Assembly (NCBI GenBank): GCA_034171505.1
Contig: JAXFGC010000027.1
Span: 15,745-79,744 of the forward strand
Direction of reading: 5' to 3'
DNA: 64,000 nucleotides
Origin: Candidatus Enteromonas sp.
Lineage (GTDB): Bacteria; Bacillota_I; Bacilli_A; RFN20; CAG-826
Below are positions 9,090 through 18,699 of the stretch, in pieces. A program made the position numbers and the translations under genes. The notes below the pieces were generated by a model, which was not told the DNA's origin, did no database searches, and saw only the letters and a program-made list of their open reading frames with translations. Numbering within the stretch: position 1 is the first letter of the stretch; the number at the start of each line of letters is the position of its first letter.

Positions 9090-10952
9090 TTATTGCTTCG
9101 CCGCGAGTTCGGCTTGGATTTTGGCGTAGAAGACTTCGCCTTTTTGCATCTCCTTCGCCCAAAGTTCTTCTTCGCGTTCGCGGCGAGCTTTGGCTTTGGC
9201 TTCCTTGGCGGCCTTCTTTTCCGGGGTGAGGGCGGCTTCCTTGGCGGCTTTCTTGCTCTCGGCTTTCTTCGCCTTCATCGCTTCTTTTTCTTTGGCTAGG
9301 CGTTTCTTTTCTTCTCGTTTGGCGCGATCCGCGGCGATTTGATCTTGGTGTTTCTTGAGTTCGGTTTCGAAGTCGAGTCCTTTCTTTTCGCATTTGACTT
9401 TGAGTTCTTCGGCAAAGACTTTTTCTCCTTCAGCTACGAAACGTTCTTCGTCTCTTTCTGCTTGAATTTCCGGAGAGACCCATTCTTCTCCGCGGGCTTC
9501 GCAGGCCTCTTTTTGACGGGCGAGAATCATAGCTTGTTTGCGGCCGATGTTCTTTTCCAAAGAGAGGAAGGCCAAGAGGAGGGCGAGGATGATACCGGTG
9601 ATGCTCTCCAAGCCAACGAAGGCAAAGGTGATGACGTCTTTGACGGTTTGGCTTTGTTCAAAAGCGGTGGTTACGCCATTGACGAGTTCGGGGGCAACGT
9701 AACCGGCATTGGCGAGCAAGGCATTGAATACGGCGGTGGAAACCCCGCCAACTGCGACGGCGATGATGTTATAGATGGACATGGCGGTGCCGTCACAACG
9801 GATGCCGCTCTTCCATTCCACGTGGTCTAGGCCATCCGCGAAGAGGGCCATGAAGACGTAGGCGCAGGGGAGACCGCCGATGTTCTTGATGAATTGTCCG
9901 ATGAGGACGATGACGAGGTTGTTCGGGACCATCCAGCAAATGGCGGAACCAAGGGAGTAGAGCAAGAACCCGGCAAGGGTCACGTTGCGTTTACCGAATT
10001 TTTTGGCAAGCGGCCAGACGGCAAAGATGCCGATGCCCATCGGGATGCCGCCGATGACGGAGACCATCATCTGGGTAATGCCGTCGTTATAGCTGCCCAA
10101 AACGTAGTTGCAGTAGTAGACGAGGCCCATGTTCTTCAAATAGGAAGCAAAGGTATAGATGAGGAAATAAATGAACATGATAAGCATGTACTTATCGGTC
10201 AACACGATTTTGAGTTGGGTGAGGAAGGGAATCTTTTTCTCTTCACTGTCGGCTTGTTCATCGGTGACGCGTTCCTTGGTGAAGTAGTATTCAATGAGTG
10301 TGAAGGGCAAGGTGATGCCGGAGAGGATGCCCATCACCAAAATCCAGAGGTCTTTGTCCACGCCAACCATCGGCATGATGGCCATTGGGAAGACGAGGGC
10401 GACCAGGATACCGCTCATCATGATGGTGGAGATTTGGTTGAAGACGGAAAGACTGCCGCGTTGAAGGGTGTTTCTCGTGGAGAGGGGAACCATGAGGTTG
10501 TGGCTCATGTTGTAGATGGTGAAGGCAAAGGAATAGAAGAGGTTGTACGAAATCATGACCCAGACGACCTGGAGGGTTTCGTTTCCGCTTGGAACAATGA
10601 ACAACAAAAGGCCGGTGATGAGGAGCAAGGGGGCCGAGAGCAAAAGCCACGGACGAGCTTTGCCTTGTTTGGTCTTCGTGCGGTCAATGATGTAACCCAT
10701 CACGACGTTGGTGATCGCGTCAATCACTTTTGAAACGAGGGGGAACAGGACCAAGAAGAGGCCACCCCAAACGCTTGTGAGTTTCAAAACGTCTGTGTAA
10801 TAGACGTTAAGATAAGTTGCCAATACGGCGTTGAGAAGCAACGCTCCGCAGGGACCGAGCAAATAGCCCAGCCACTTTTCTTTCCCCTCCACGTTTTTGG
10901 AGTGGATTCGGCTGTCGAAGAATCGCCCCGACAAAACTTTTCCTTTTCCCAT
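9090..10952 (-). CDS. Glycoside-pentoside-hexuronide (GPH/MelB-type) cation symporter with a ~150-aa highly charged C-terminal tail
   Basis: The GPH-type N-terminus is ...[34 protein letters not shown], with a 12-TM profile. The tail from about residue 470 is Lys/Glu/Ala-rich (…[30 protein letters not shown]…). Confidence 0.85.
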   Translation of the reverse strand: MGKGKVLSGRFFDSRIHSKNVEGKEKWLGYLLGPCGALLLNAVLATYLNVYYTDVLKLTSVWGGLFLVLFPLVSKVIDAITNVVMGYIIDRTKTKQGKARPWLLLSAPLLLITGLLLFIVPSGNETLQVVWVMISYNLFYSFAFTIYNMSHNLMVPLSTRNTLQRGSLSVFNQISTIMMSGILVALVFPMAIMPMVGVDKDLWILVMGILSGITLPFTLIEYYFTKERVTDEQADSEEKKIPFLTQLKIVLTDKYMLIMFIYFLIYTFASYLKNMGLVYYCNYVLGSYNDGITQMMVSVIGGIPMGIGIFAVWPLAKKFGKRNVTLAGFLLYSLGSAICWMVPNNLVIVLIGQFIKNIGGLPCAYVFMALFADGLDHVEWKSGIRCDGTAMSIYNIIAVAVGGVSTAVFNALLANAGYVAPELVNGVTTAFEQSQTVKDVITFAFVGLESITGIILALLLAFLSLEKNIGRKQAMILARQKEACEARGEEWVSPEIQAERDEERFVAEGEKVFAEELKVKCEKKGLDFETELKKHQDQIAADRAKREEKKRLAKEKEAMKAKKAESKKAAKEAALTPEKKAAKEAKAKARREREEELWAKEMQKGEVFYAKIQAELAAKQ

Positions 10953-10954
10953 GA

Positions 10955-13393
10955 TTAGTTTTCCTCCTTATCTTTTGGCAATTTAGGTACTTTTATTTTG
11001 GTGCAGAAGGATTTAATTCCTTTAATGAGATGACCGTTGGAGAAATGGATGAAGCCTTCGGCGAAGTTGTAGGGGCAACTTTTCGCCGCGGACATAGACA
11101 TGGTGATGAGGGAATTGCTCTCCAAGATTCGTTTCAGGAACATCGCCCCTTTGATTTTGTTGTCCCTTTCGGTCCCTTCTGGTAGTTTTTTGGCTTTTCT
11201 CATATCGTTTTTGGCGACGCCAAGCACCGCGGAGAAGAGGATTTTGCCCATGAGGGAAACTTCCTTTAAGTCGGAGAAACGACTTTCCATCCAGATGGGC
11301 TTCTTGCTGGGAAGAGGTGGGATTATTAACCCCGACATTTCTTCAAAAAGGGCATCATCGATATCCAGACGGCAAGTGGAATACTTTTCCTCGACCCTTT
11401 CCGAATAGGGGTTGGCAGCCTCCTCTTTTGGCAGCATAACCGACCGTGAGAGTTGGATCGTTTGGGAGTCCGAGGCGATTTGAAGGATGTATTCCCCGCC
11501 TTCAAGAACCCAGGAGTTGCAGGCGGTGTTCCAGTAACGAAGGTCGGCTTTTGGGACGGTGATTTCCACTCGTTTGCTTTCTCCTGGTTTGAGGTAAACT
11601 TTCGCAAATCCCTTTAATTCTCGAAGGGGTTTATGCACGCCTTTGGGAGATTGGACGTAGAGTTGCGCGATTTCCGCGCCATCGAACTCGCCGGTATTCC
11701 GAATATGGAAGGAGACGCGGAATTCGTTTTCGTTCTCTTCGACTTTCATGTCGGCGTATTCGAAGGTCGTATACGACAAGCCATAACCGAAGGGGTAACG
11801 CACCTCTTTGCTTGCGGTCAGATAATAGCGGTATCCGACGTAGATGCTTTCTTTATAGACCTCGTGGATGCTCTTGGAATATTCTTTGCCAAAGGGGACG
11901 TCGTCGTAGCTTTTGACCCAGGTTTCCGCAAGCTTTCCCGAAGGGGTATGGATGCCATAGAGGAGGTCGAAGGTGGCCTTGCCTCCGTTTTGGCCAGGGA
12001 GATACATGTTGAGGATCGCGTTGACTTTGTCGGCGAAGGGAAGTTCCATTGGGGAGCCACCATATAGCACCACCACGATTCTCTTTCCGCTTTGGAGAAG
12101 GGCGTCGATTAGGGCGAGTTGGTTTTCCGGCAACCCCATCGTTGCCCGATCGCATCCTTCACTTTCTACATAGTCGGTCAAACCAGCGAAAACGCATACC
12201 GTTTTGAAGTCTTTTGCCTTTTCGAGGGCTTCCGCAATCAGCGTTTCATCTGGGCTTAAGGAGTTTTCTTTATAGCCTCGGGCGAAAGCGTAGTTCACTT
12301 GATTACGGTCAAACTCGGTTCGCGGGGTCGTTAGATAGGTGGGATTGATCATCGAACTGCCCGCCCCTTGGTAACGCATCTTGTCGAAGAGGTCGCCCAC
12401 CACGAGGATTCGTTCGGTTTTTCGAAGGGGAAGGGACCCATCGTTCTTTAATAAGACGGCACAGTCTTCGGCAATTTCCGCGGCTAAGTCATTATGGGCC
12501 TTCCAATCGACTTTACCGCCTTTGGGGTTGTCTTTGTATCGTTCCACAAGACGTAAGACGTTCGCAACGGCTTTGTTTAGGTCTTCTTCGCTTAATGTTC
12601 CGTTGTTGACGGCATCAATAATCCACTTCCGGCAGATCGCGGTATCGCCTGGCATTTCGAGGTCGAGTCCGGCTTGTATGCCTTTGACGCGGTCGTGGGT
12701 CGCGCCCCAATCGGACATTACGAGCCCATCGAATCCCCATTCTTGGCGGAGGATGTCGGTTAAGAGCCAATGATTCTGGCAACAATACTCCCCGTTGATT
12801 TGGTTGTAGGCGCACATCATCGTGTCGGGTTTGCCTTCCTTGACGATGATTTCAAATACCTTTAGATAGATTTCGCGTATGGCGCGCATGTCGCAGATGC
12901 TATTGCCATTGAAACGGTAGTTCTCTGCATTATTCAGGGCAAAATGTTTGACGGATGTGCCAACCCCTTTGCTTTGGATCCCTTGGACTTCGGCGGCACC
13001 GAGTTTTCCGGCCAGAAGTGGATCCTCTGAGAAGTACTCAAAGTTCCGTCCGCATAAGGGGTTGCGTTTGATGCAGGCCCCTGGGCCAAGCACGACGCCT
13101 ACCCCATAATGGAGGGCTTCTTCGGCGATGGCTTGCCCCATTTTGTAGGCGTTTTCGGGATTCCATCCGGAAGCGGTCGTAACCGCGGTTGGGAAACAGG
13201 TGGCTGGTTCGCTTTCCGAAACCCCGTTGTCGCGGGCGTCTTTTTGAACTCGGAGTCCATGAGGCCCATCGGAAAGGAAAATGGAGGGGATGCCAAGGCG
13301 TGGAATCGGATTGGTAAACATGAAATCCGTTCCCGAGAGAAGAGCGGCCTTTTCCTCGAGTGTCAGTTGCGACAGCAAATCGTTGATGTTCAA
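10955..13393 (-). CDS. GH3 beta-glucosidase
   Basis: ...[12 protein letters not shown]...[15 protein letters not shown]... and GLVMSDWGA (nucleophile Asp region). The C-terminus has a fibronectin-like region. Confidence 0.9.
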   Translation of the reverse strand: MNINDLLSQLTLEEKAALLSGTDFMFTNPIPRLGIPSIFLSDGPHGLRVQKDARDNGVSESEPATCFPTAVTTASGWNPENAYKMGQAIAEEALHYGVGVVLGPGACIKRNPLCGRNFEYFSEDPLLAGKLGAAEVQGIQSKGVGTSVKHFALNNAENYRFNGNSICDMRAIREIYLKVFEIIVKEGKPDTMMCAYNQINGEYCCQNHWLLTDILRQEWGFDGLVMSDWGATHDRVKGIQAGLDLEMPGDTAICRKWIIDAVNNGTLSEEDLNKAVANVLRLVERYKDNPKGGKVDWKAHNDLAAEIAEDCAVLLKNDGSLPLRKTERILVVGDLFDKMRYQGAGSSMINPTYLTTPRTEFDRNQVNYAFARGYKENSLSPDETLIAEALEKAKDFKTVCVFAGLTDYVESEGCDRATMGLPENQLALIDALLQSGKRIVVVLYGGSPMELPFADKVNAILNMYLPGQNGGKATFDLLYGIHTPSGKLAETWVKSYDDVPFGKEYSKSIHEVYKESIYVGYRYYLTASKEVRYPFGYGLSYTTFEYADMKVEENENEFRVSFHIRNTGEFDGAEIAQLYVQSPKGVHKPLRELKGFAKVYLKPGESKRVEITVPKADLRYWNTACNSWVLEGGEYILQIASDSQTIQLSRSVMLPKEEAANPYSERVEEKYSTCRLDIDDALFEEMSGLIIPPLPSKKPIWMESRFSDLKEVSLMGKILFSAVLGVAKNDMRKAKKLPEGTERDNKIKGAMFLKRILESNSLITMSMSAAKSCPYNFAEGFIHFSNGHLIKGIKSFCTKIKVPKLPKDKEEN

Positions 13394-13456
13394 AATTTAA
13401 CCCTCGCTATGTTGGTTGGTTGTCATTGTTATAATCTAGACGAGTTTTTGAAATAT

Positions 13457-13489
13457 ATAATATTTGTTTTGAACTCATAATATTTGTTT
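13457..13489. promoter_or_regulatory. Two 13-nt direct repeats (ATAATATTTGTTT) spaced 20 nt start-to-start in the divergent GH3/AraC intergenic region; candidate AraC-type operator
   Basis: Exact repeats at 13457-13469 and 13477-13489. AraC-family regulators typically bind direct repeats about two helical turns apart. Confidence 0.5.
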
Positions 13490-13512
13490 CGTTGTTTTGA
13501 TATACTCTTTTT

Positions 13513-14715
13513 ATGAAAAAACTGGACCTCCATTATATTTGCACGACTCTTGGGAACCTTTCGGGCATCCCCATTCGCCTTTATCAAGGGGGCGAACTCC
13601 TTTATTTTCATTCGTATGTGAAACTTTCCAAGGACCCTTTACTTCTTTATCAAGATAAGATTTCGCAAATCGCCAAACCGGTCGGCTATTTCATTACCCC
13701 GAGTTTCGATTATTACGGTTTTGTCCATTTCGGCGATAAACGGATCATCATCGGCCCCACCCGCCAAATCACCGCAAGTGAGAAAGACCTCAAACAGCTC
13801 GCGTTTGAACTCGATTTAGTGGAAGAAAGCGCGGAAGATTTCGTGCACGCTATGCAAAGTATCTCCCCGATGTCTTTGGATAGCCTCATGCAGTTGATTT
13901 GTCTCCTAAATCACGTTTTTAGCGGAGAGAAATTGGAACTGAAAGACATTGAAATTTATGACGTCGAACAAATAGAACTCGCGAAGGAGATGGAACGAGA
14001 ACGGAGCGAAAGACACTTTGAACCATCCTTTGATTCGATGGAAAGAAGAACCGTCCACAATTCTTTGGAAGTGGAACAAACTCTCATGAACATCGTTCGA
14101 AAAGGCGATACTGCCGCCTTAAGGGAATGGACCAAAACCGCCCCCGCGGTGCGGGGAGGGAACATCGCCGATAACGAACTCCGTCAACGAAAAAACATCT
14201 TAATCGTCACCGCCACCTTGGCATCCCGAAACGCGATTCGAGGAGGATTGGATGCCGAAGAGGCCCTTTCCCTGAGTGATTCCTACATCCAAAAAGTAGA
14301 ACTCATTCAGTCCATCGATTCGTTAATGAACCTCCAATTCCGAATGGTTGCGGATTTCACCGAACGGGTCGAACGGATTCGCGTTGGCAAGCACCCATCC
14401 AAACTTGTTACGGAGGTTGCCAACTACGTTCAGCAACATATCTCAGACACAATCACCACCAAAGCCATTGCAAAGCATCTTTTCATCAGTCGTTCCCGCC
14501 TTTCCACCAAATTTAAGGCGGAGTCCGGAATGAACCTTTCCCAGTTTATTGCGCGTGAGAAAATCGATGAAGCCAAACGTCTGCTCCGTTATTCGGACAA
14601 GTCTTTGCTCTCTATCAGCGCTTACCTTGGTTTTGCTTCCCAAAGCCATTTTTCCCTGGTGTTCAAAAAGGTGACGGGAAAGACTCCCCACGAATATCGA
14701 GAAGCCCACGCCTAA
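13513..14715 (+). CDS. AraC-family transcriptional regulator
   Basis: The C-terminal double HTH reads ...VANYVQQHISDTITTKAIAKHLFISRSRLSTKFKAESGMNLSQFIAREKIDEAKRLLRYSDKSLLSISAYLGFASQSHFSLVFKKVTGKTPHEYR. Confidence 0.9.
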   Translation: MKKLDLHYICTTLGNLSGIPIRLYQGGELLYFHSYVKLSKDPLLLYQDKISQIAKPVGYFITPSFDYYGFVHFGDKRIIIGPTRQITASEKDLKQLAFELDLVEESAEDFVHAMQSISPMSLDSLMQLICLLNHVFSGEKLELKDIEIYDVEQIELAKEMERERSERHFEPSFDSMERRTVHNSLEVEQTLMNIVRKGDTAALREWTKTAPAVRGGNIADNELRQRKNILIVTATLASRNAIRGGLDAEEALSLSDSYIQKVELIQSIDSLMNLQFRMVADFTERVERIRVGKHPSKLVTEVANYVQQHISDTITTKAIAKHLFISRSRLSTKFKAESGMNLSQFIAREKIDEAKRLLRYSDKSLLSISAYLGFASQSHFSLVFKKVTGKTPHEYREAHA

Positions 14716-14921
14716 GCCCGGTGCGAAAATGAAAAACCCATCGTTTCTGAGAAGAAAAATCGATGGGTTTCTTCGCTGGATTCGTTATCAATGGGTTCGG
14801 TAACGTCGACGGTTCCTTCGTTTGGGACGCTGTCGCTGGAAGTGGGACGCGCGGGGCTCACGCATCCGGTGAGGAGCAATATGAATGCTGCGGTGAGTCC
14901 GAATATCAGGTTCTTTTTCAT
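14712..14921 (-). CDS. Small putative lipoprotein
   Basis: MKKNLIFGLTAAFILLLTGC has a lipobox (LLTGC). A hairpin (14734-14743 / 14761-14770) lies inside its 3' part, so the C-terminus and even the gene's reality are uncertain. Confidence 0.45.
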   Translation of the reverse strand: MKKNLIFGLTAAFILLLTGCVSPARPTSSDSVPNEGTVDVTEPIDNESSEETHRFFFSETMGFSFSHRA

Positions 14922-15100
14922 GACGGATTTCCTTTCCTTTGGGGTCTATTCTGATTGAATTACAAATTCAAAACAACGTTTTTTAAGGTGGCAAAATTAT
15001 GTTTTGTTATGTTCGTTTAGCGCCCTCTTTTTTTGGCCAAATGGAAACCCGGGGCTTCGAACCGATGAAGAAGGTAGAAGAACCAAACGGAAACTGGAAA

Positions 15101-15147
15101 CAAAAAAAGGGGGATGTCCCCCAATTCTCTCCTTTCGAGGGAGAGAA
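15101..15147 (-). terminator. Tandem hairpins with U-tract downstream of tRNA-Arg
   Basis: On the minus strand, ttctctcc-ctcgaa-aggagagaa is followed by ggggg-acat-ccccc and then ttttttt. Confidence 0.7.
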
Positions 15148-15158
15148 GAATATTATCG

Positions 15159-15235
15159 TGGCGCGCCCGAGGCGATTCGAACGCCTGACCCCAACCTTCG
15201 GAGGGTTGTACTCTATCCAGCTGAGCTACGAGCGC
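15159..15235 (-). tRNA. tRNA-Arg (anticodon CCG), CCA encoded
   Basis: The reverse complement reads gcgctcg-ta-gctc-agctggata-gagt-a-caacc-ctCCGaa-ggttg-gggtc-aggcg-ttcgaat-cgcct-cgggcgc-g-cca. Confidence 0.9.
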
Positions 15236-15303
15236 GTGATGCTCTTTCGAGCGGGATTATTGTAGGTATCGGCGGTATAAAAATCAATCGGGGAAAGACA
15301 AAC

Positions 15304-15325
15304 AAAAAAGTCGAGTTTCCTCGAC
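15304..15325 (-). terminator. Intrinsic terminator after the ArsR-family gene
   Basis: The minus strand reads gtcgag-gaaa-ctcgac followed by tttttt. Confidence 0.65.
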
Positions 15326-15342
15326 TTAAGTGGTGATTGGGC

Positions 15343-15630
15343 TTATTCCCTGTCGCAGCAGCAGCACGGCGTGGAAATGAAGGCAGCCAACTCATTGATG
15401 AGATCCACGTTCGCGGAGTAGTGGACCCACTTCCAATCCCGACGCAATTTAATGAGACCGGCATCCACCAAAATCTTGGTGTGATGGGAAAGAGTTGGTT
15501 GGGTGCATCCGACGATCTTGATTAAGTCAGAGGCGGTGATATCCTGCTTTTTCAGAACGACTTTGATGATTCGGATTCGCACCTCGTGGCCGAGTGCTTT
15601 TAAAAGTTCGGCCGCTTCTTTTCTATGCAT
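15343..15630 (-). CDS. ArsR/SmtB-family metalloregulator with C-terminal Cys4 run
   Basis: MHRKEAAELLKALGHEVRIRIIKVV...ITASDLIKIVGCTQPTLSHHTKILVDAGLI is a winged HTH. It ends ...STPCCCCDRE. The RBS aaagggggg precedes ATG 15630. Confidence 0.85.
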   Translation of the reverse strand: MHRKEAAELLKALGHEVRIRIIKVVLKKQDITASDLIKIVGCTQPTLSHHTKILVDAGLIKLRRDWKWVHYSANVDLINELAAFISTPCCCCDRE

Positions 15631-15950
15631 TTTGTAGTTCCCCCCTTTAAAGAAAACTATTCGTATTTTAAAGCATTTTTCCCGTTTCACAACATAAAAA
15701 CTGCCGAAAGGGGCAACTTTGTACTTGAAATACGAAAAAATGGAAACTGTAGGGCATCCTTTAAGTTTCTTCAGTTTTGGAAAAGATTCGATACCTCCTG
15801 TGCTTGATTTGCTCGATTTTTGGAAAACTCGGGGAATTTAAGTAAGGATTCTTTTTGCGCTTTCGCGGGTGCGTATTCCTTCCAAAGCTTCCCGAAACGC
15901 GAAGAAAATGAAACCTCAAAAAAACAAAGTTTTCACATTCATTGGATGAA

Positions 15951-16880
15951 TTATGAGAAGAGGAATAAGACGGTAGCGACCAAGGTTATCCCAAACCCGA
16001 TTTTGGAGAACAAACCGGTTTTCTCGTGAAAGAGAATTCGGCAGACAAGGAAGGAAAGAAGGATGCAAAGTCCCGAGGAGACGGGGAAGAACATGGAAGC
16101 ATCCACCCGCATGACGCCTTCCATTCCGGTGTAACTGCCGAAGGTCATGCATAAGCCGTAGGCGATCGCCAGAAGAAGGGGAGCCCAGGAGAAGGAGGCC
16201 TTGGCTTTCGCCTTCTCCTCTTTGCTTTTGGAAAACAAGAAGGAAACCCCGAATCCAATCGCGGAGAAAATCGCGGTGAATAAGCAATAGAAACCCGTGA
16301 ACACGAAGGGGGTGGTTCCCGTGACGCTTCGAGAATGGAGGCTTAGGATGACGCAGTTGCTGCCGTTGCTCACCAAAGCAAGCAAACAAAGGAGAACGAA
16401 AAGAACGCTTGTTTTCTTGCTTTTGCCTTCTCCTTTTTTGGAAAGGAAGTCGAACAAAGGGACAATGAGGGAAATGACCATCAGGACAATCGCGATGATT
16501 TTGGCGATTTTCGCGGATTCGTGTTCCCAGAATACCCCATAGAAAAAGGGCAATATCATGCCTCCTAACATGAAGGATTGGCTATAGAAGGACATGTTTT
16601 CAAGTTTCGACGCTAGCACCCCGCTGATTTGGGTGAAGACGAAGAGAACGCCATAGATTGATGCGAAGATGAGGGAAATGGGATTTAGGGAAAAGCCCTG
16701 AATCCAAGACATCAGGAAGAAAACGATGGCGCTGCCCCCACTAGCGAGCAAAGCGAAAAGAAGGGCGTTGAACACGTTTCCTTTCAAACGTGTGCTATAG
16801 ACCTTATTGACCGCGAACAACGCGGTGAAAAGGATGGCGTTAATGGGCAGGAGAAGGTACCCAACGGTCTTGGGACTCAT
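15951..16880 (-). CDS. 10-TM membrane protein, DMT/EamA-like transporter (weak assignment)
   Basis: The hydrophobicity pattern shows two 5-TM halves. The start lies 3 nt after the stop of the ABC-2 permease gene. Confidence 0.6.
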   Translation of the reverse strand: MSPKTVGYLLLPINAILFTALFAVNKVYSTRLKGNVFNALLFALLASGGSAIVFFLMSWIQGFSLNPISLIFASIYGVLFVFTQISGVLASKLENMSFYSQSFMLGGMILPFFYGVFWEHESAKIAKIIAIVLMVISLIVPLFDFLSKKGEGKSKKTSVLFVLLCLLALVSNGSNCVILSLHSRSVTGTTPFVFTGFYCLFTAIFSAIGFGVSFLFSKSKEEKAKAKASFSWAPLLLAIAYGLCMTFGSYTGMEGVMRVDASMFFPVSSGLCILLSFLVCRILFHEKTGLFSKIGFGITLVATVLFLFS

Positions 16881-16883
16881 GGA

Positions 16884-17528
16884 TTATTCGGATCGTAAGT
16901 AATTTCGTGTGGCAAGAGTATACGCAAGAACGGTGAGGACGGCAAAGAGAATTACGCCAACCCCCGCCATCGAAAGCTGAATCCAAATATCACCAGGAGC
17001 AAACGAATTGATGAGACGGGCCACTTCGGGAAGGGCTCCACAGACGCCGATATAGGCGCCAAATACCACCGCGGAGAGGAGGCAAGAAACCAAAATCGAC
17101 CAAATGGGTTTTTCGGGTTTGGCAAATAGCCAAGGTAAAAAGACGATGTTAAAAAGGCCGTACATAAGCAACGCCACCCCAATGACTCCAAAATCCGCGC
17201 CCATCAAGAATTTAAAATAAGGTTGGATGAAGAAGTAACGCGGAATCAGGAGCAATCCCCCGATGAGCAAGGAAAGAACTTCGATGAAGAGAATCAAAAG
17301 GAACTTGCCTTTCACGATGTCCTTTTTGGCAATCGGCAACAGTTGGGAATAAAGGAAATCGCGGTTGGCTAGGGCCAAGGGGAAGATGATGTTGCAGGCG
17401 ACGAGCGGCATATAAAATCCGATGATCGGAGGCCAATTTGGCACTACGACGGTGATGATGAGAAGGAAATAAATCCAGGCTTGGACCGGCATGCAAAGCC
17501 GTAATTCCTTATATAGGAGATTCTTCAT
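16884..17528 (-). CDS. ABC-2 type transporter permease
   Basis: MKNLLYKELRLCMPVQAW... with 6 TM helices, typical of ABC-2 permeases coupled to the upstream ATPase. RBS aaagggggg. Overlaps the ATPase gene by 20 nt. Confidence 0.75.
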   Translation of the reverse strand: MKNLLYKELRLCMPVQAWIYFLLIITVVVPNWPPIIGFYMPLVACNIIFPLALANRDFLYSQLLPIAKKDIVKGKFLLILFIEVLSLLIGGLLLIPRYFFIQPYFKFLMGADFGVIGVALLMYGLFNIVFLPWLFAKPEKPIWSILVSCLLSAVVFGAYIGVCGALPEVARLINSFAPGDIWIQLSMAGVGVILFAVLTVLAYTLATRNYLRSE

Positions 17529-18372
17529 TTTCGACCCCCCTTTCAATGCCGAGCATGATTTCTTCGAGATGCGCCTCTTGGTAGGTTAAACCTTCGACTT
17601 TTTCCTCGCTTGCAGGAACCACCCCTTCGAAATGGTCGCCCCTTTTCCGGATGTGAAGCGCGCTTTTGGGGAAGAGGCTTTCTTCTTTCCCTTCGACGTG
17701 AAGATAGGCTTTGGAGAATTCCTCTAAAGTCGTGAAAGCGACCACTTTTCCATTTTGGATGTAGGTGATGTCGTCCGCGACTTTTTCCAAATCCGAGATG
17801 ACGTGGGTGGAAAAGAGAACCGCGGTCCCGTATTTGTCCGCGATTTTCCGAAAGCAATCGAGGAGCTCGTCCCGGCTCACGGGATCAAGGCCGCTCGTGG
17901 GCTCGTCGAGGATGAGGAGCTTCGCCCCATGGGATAAAGCAATCGCGAGGTTGAATTTCACCCGCATTCCGTTGGAGAGTTCTTTGATTCGCTTGTTCAA
18001 ATCGATGTCGAAATAACGAATCCATTTGTCGAACAAGGCTTCATCCCACCGGGGGAAGAAACGTTTCGTGACGTCCGCGATGGTCTTCGCGCTGACGCTC
18101 GGATAATAATCCACCCCGCCGAAAAGGAGGCCGATGTCGGATTTGGACTCGAAGTTCTCCGGGGAGATGCGTTTCCCTTCGAAATAGACCTCTCCCGAGG
18201 TTGCGGAGATCATTCCATAAATGGCCTTGATGGTCGTCGTTTTGCCCGCGCCGTTTCGCCCGATGAACCCCATAATCCGCCCTTTTTTCAAAGAGAAAGA
18301 AACGTTTTCGAGGGAGAATCCCGGATAACGCTTGCAAAGGTCAACGACGGATAAGATGTCAGTCGTTTCCAT
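17509..18372 (-). CDS. ABC transporter ATP-binding protein
   Basis: Walker A GRNGAGKTT, signature LSNGMRVK, Walker B LLILDEPTSGLD. Start chosen at ATG 18372 (METTDILSV...). Confidence 0.9.
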   Translation of the reverse strand: METTDILSVVDLCKRYPGFSLENVSFSLKKGRIMGFIGRNGAGKTTTIKAIYGMISATSGEVYFEGKRISPENFESKSDIGLLFGGVDYYPSVSAKTIADVTKRFFPRWDEALFDKWIRYFDIDLNKRIKELSNGMRVKFNLAIALSHGAKLLILDEPTSGLDPVSRDELLDCFRKIADKYGTAVLFSTHVISDLEKVADDITYIQNGKVVAFTTLEEFSKAYLHVEGKEESLFPKSALHIRKRGDHFEGVVPASEEKVEGLTYQEAHLEEIMLGIERGVENEESPI

Positions 18373-18559
18373 CGAAAGCCTTTCCCGCGATATCTTCGAT
18401 GAAATCGCTTTTGACAAGGGCGATCCCGCGGGTTTTGTCCGCGAGGACGACGATTGTATCCCCCGGATGAATGTCAAACATTTCCCGGACGCTTTGGGGA
18501 ATGACGATCTGCCCTTTGGCTCCGACGGTCGCCACCCCGATGCATTTGTTAGGGTCCAT
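18359..18559 (-). CDS. AbrB/MazE/SpoVT-family DNA-binding protein
   Basis: ...VGAKGQIVIPQSVREMFDIHPGDTIVVLAD... is the SpoVT-AbrB swapped-hairpin motif. A perfect RBS aaggagg precedes ATG 18559. Confidence 0.8.
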   Translation of the reverse strand: MDPNKCIGVATVGAKGQIVIPQSVREMFDIHPGDTIVVLADKTRGIALVKSDFIEDIAGKAFDGND

Positions 18560-18572
18560 ATGCTCCTCCTTG

Positions 18573-18596
18573 GTTATATGAGTTATACTAGTTATA
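18573..18596. repeat. Three GTTATA hexamers at 9-nt periodicity directly upstream of the AbrB-like gene RBS
   Basis: gttatatga gttatacta gttatacc sits in the divergent abrB-like/uxaC intergenic region. It may be an operator or overlapping -10-like boxes. Confidence 0.4.
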
Positions 18597-18699
18597 CCAA
18601 TCTTCATCAAACGAAACGTGAATTCTTTTTCGAAAACAATTCCCGTATACGTCTCCATAAGGAGTCGTGGTATTCTAAATTCAGTATCGAGGTTTTTGT

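Noticed and set aside
9120-9330. Repetitive-looking AAG/GCC/GAA-rich DNA that might be a tandem repeat or CRISPR-like array
   Set aside because: It is the in-frame coding sequence of the Lys/Ala/Glu-rich transporter tail. There is no regular repeat-spacer periodicity and no exact repeat unit.
15042-15064. tggaaacccggggcttcgaaccg, which on the minus strand looks like a tRNA 3' end (GGTTCGAAGCC T-loop-like plus CCA)
   Set aside because: The flanking bases cannot form a T stem (only 2 of 5 pairs) and no acceptor, D or anticodon arms are present. At best it is a degenerate tRNA fragment, which I cannot support.
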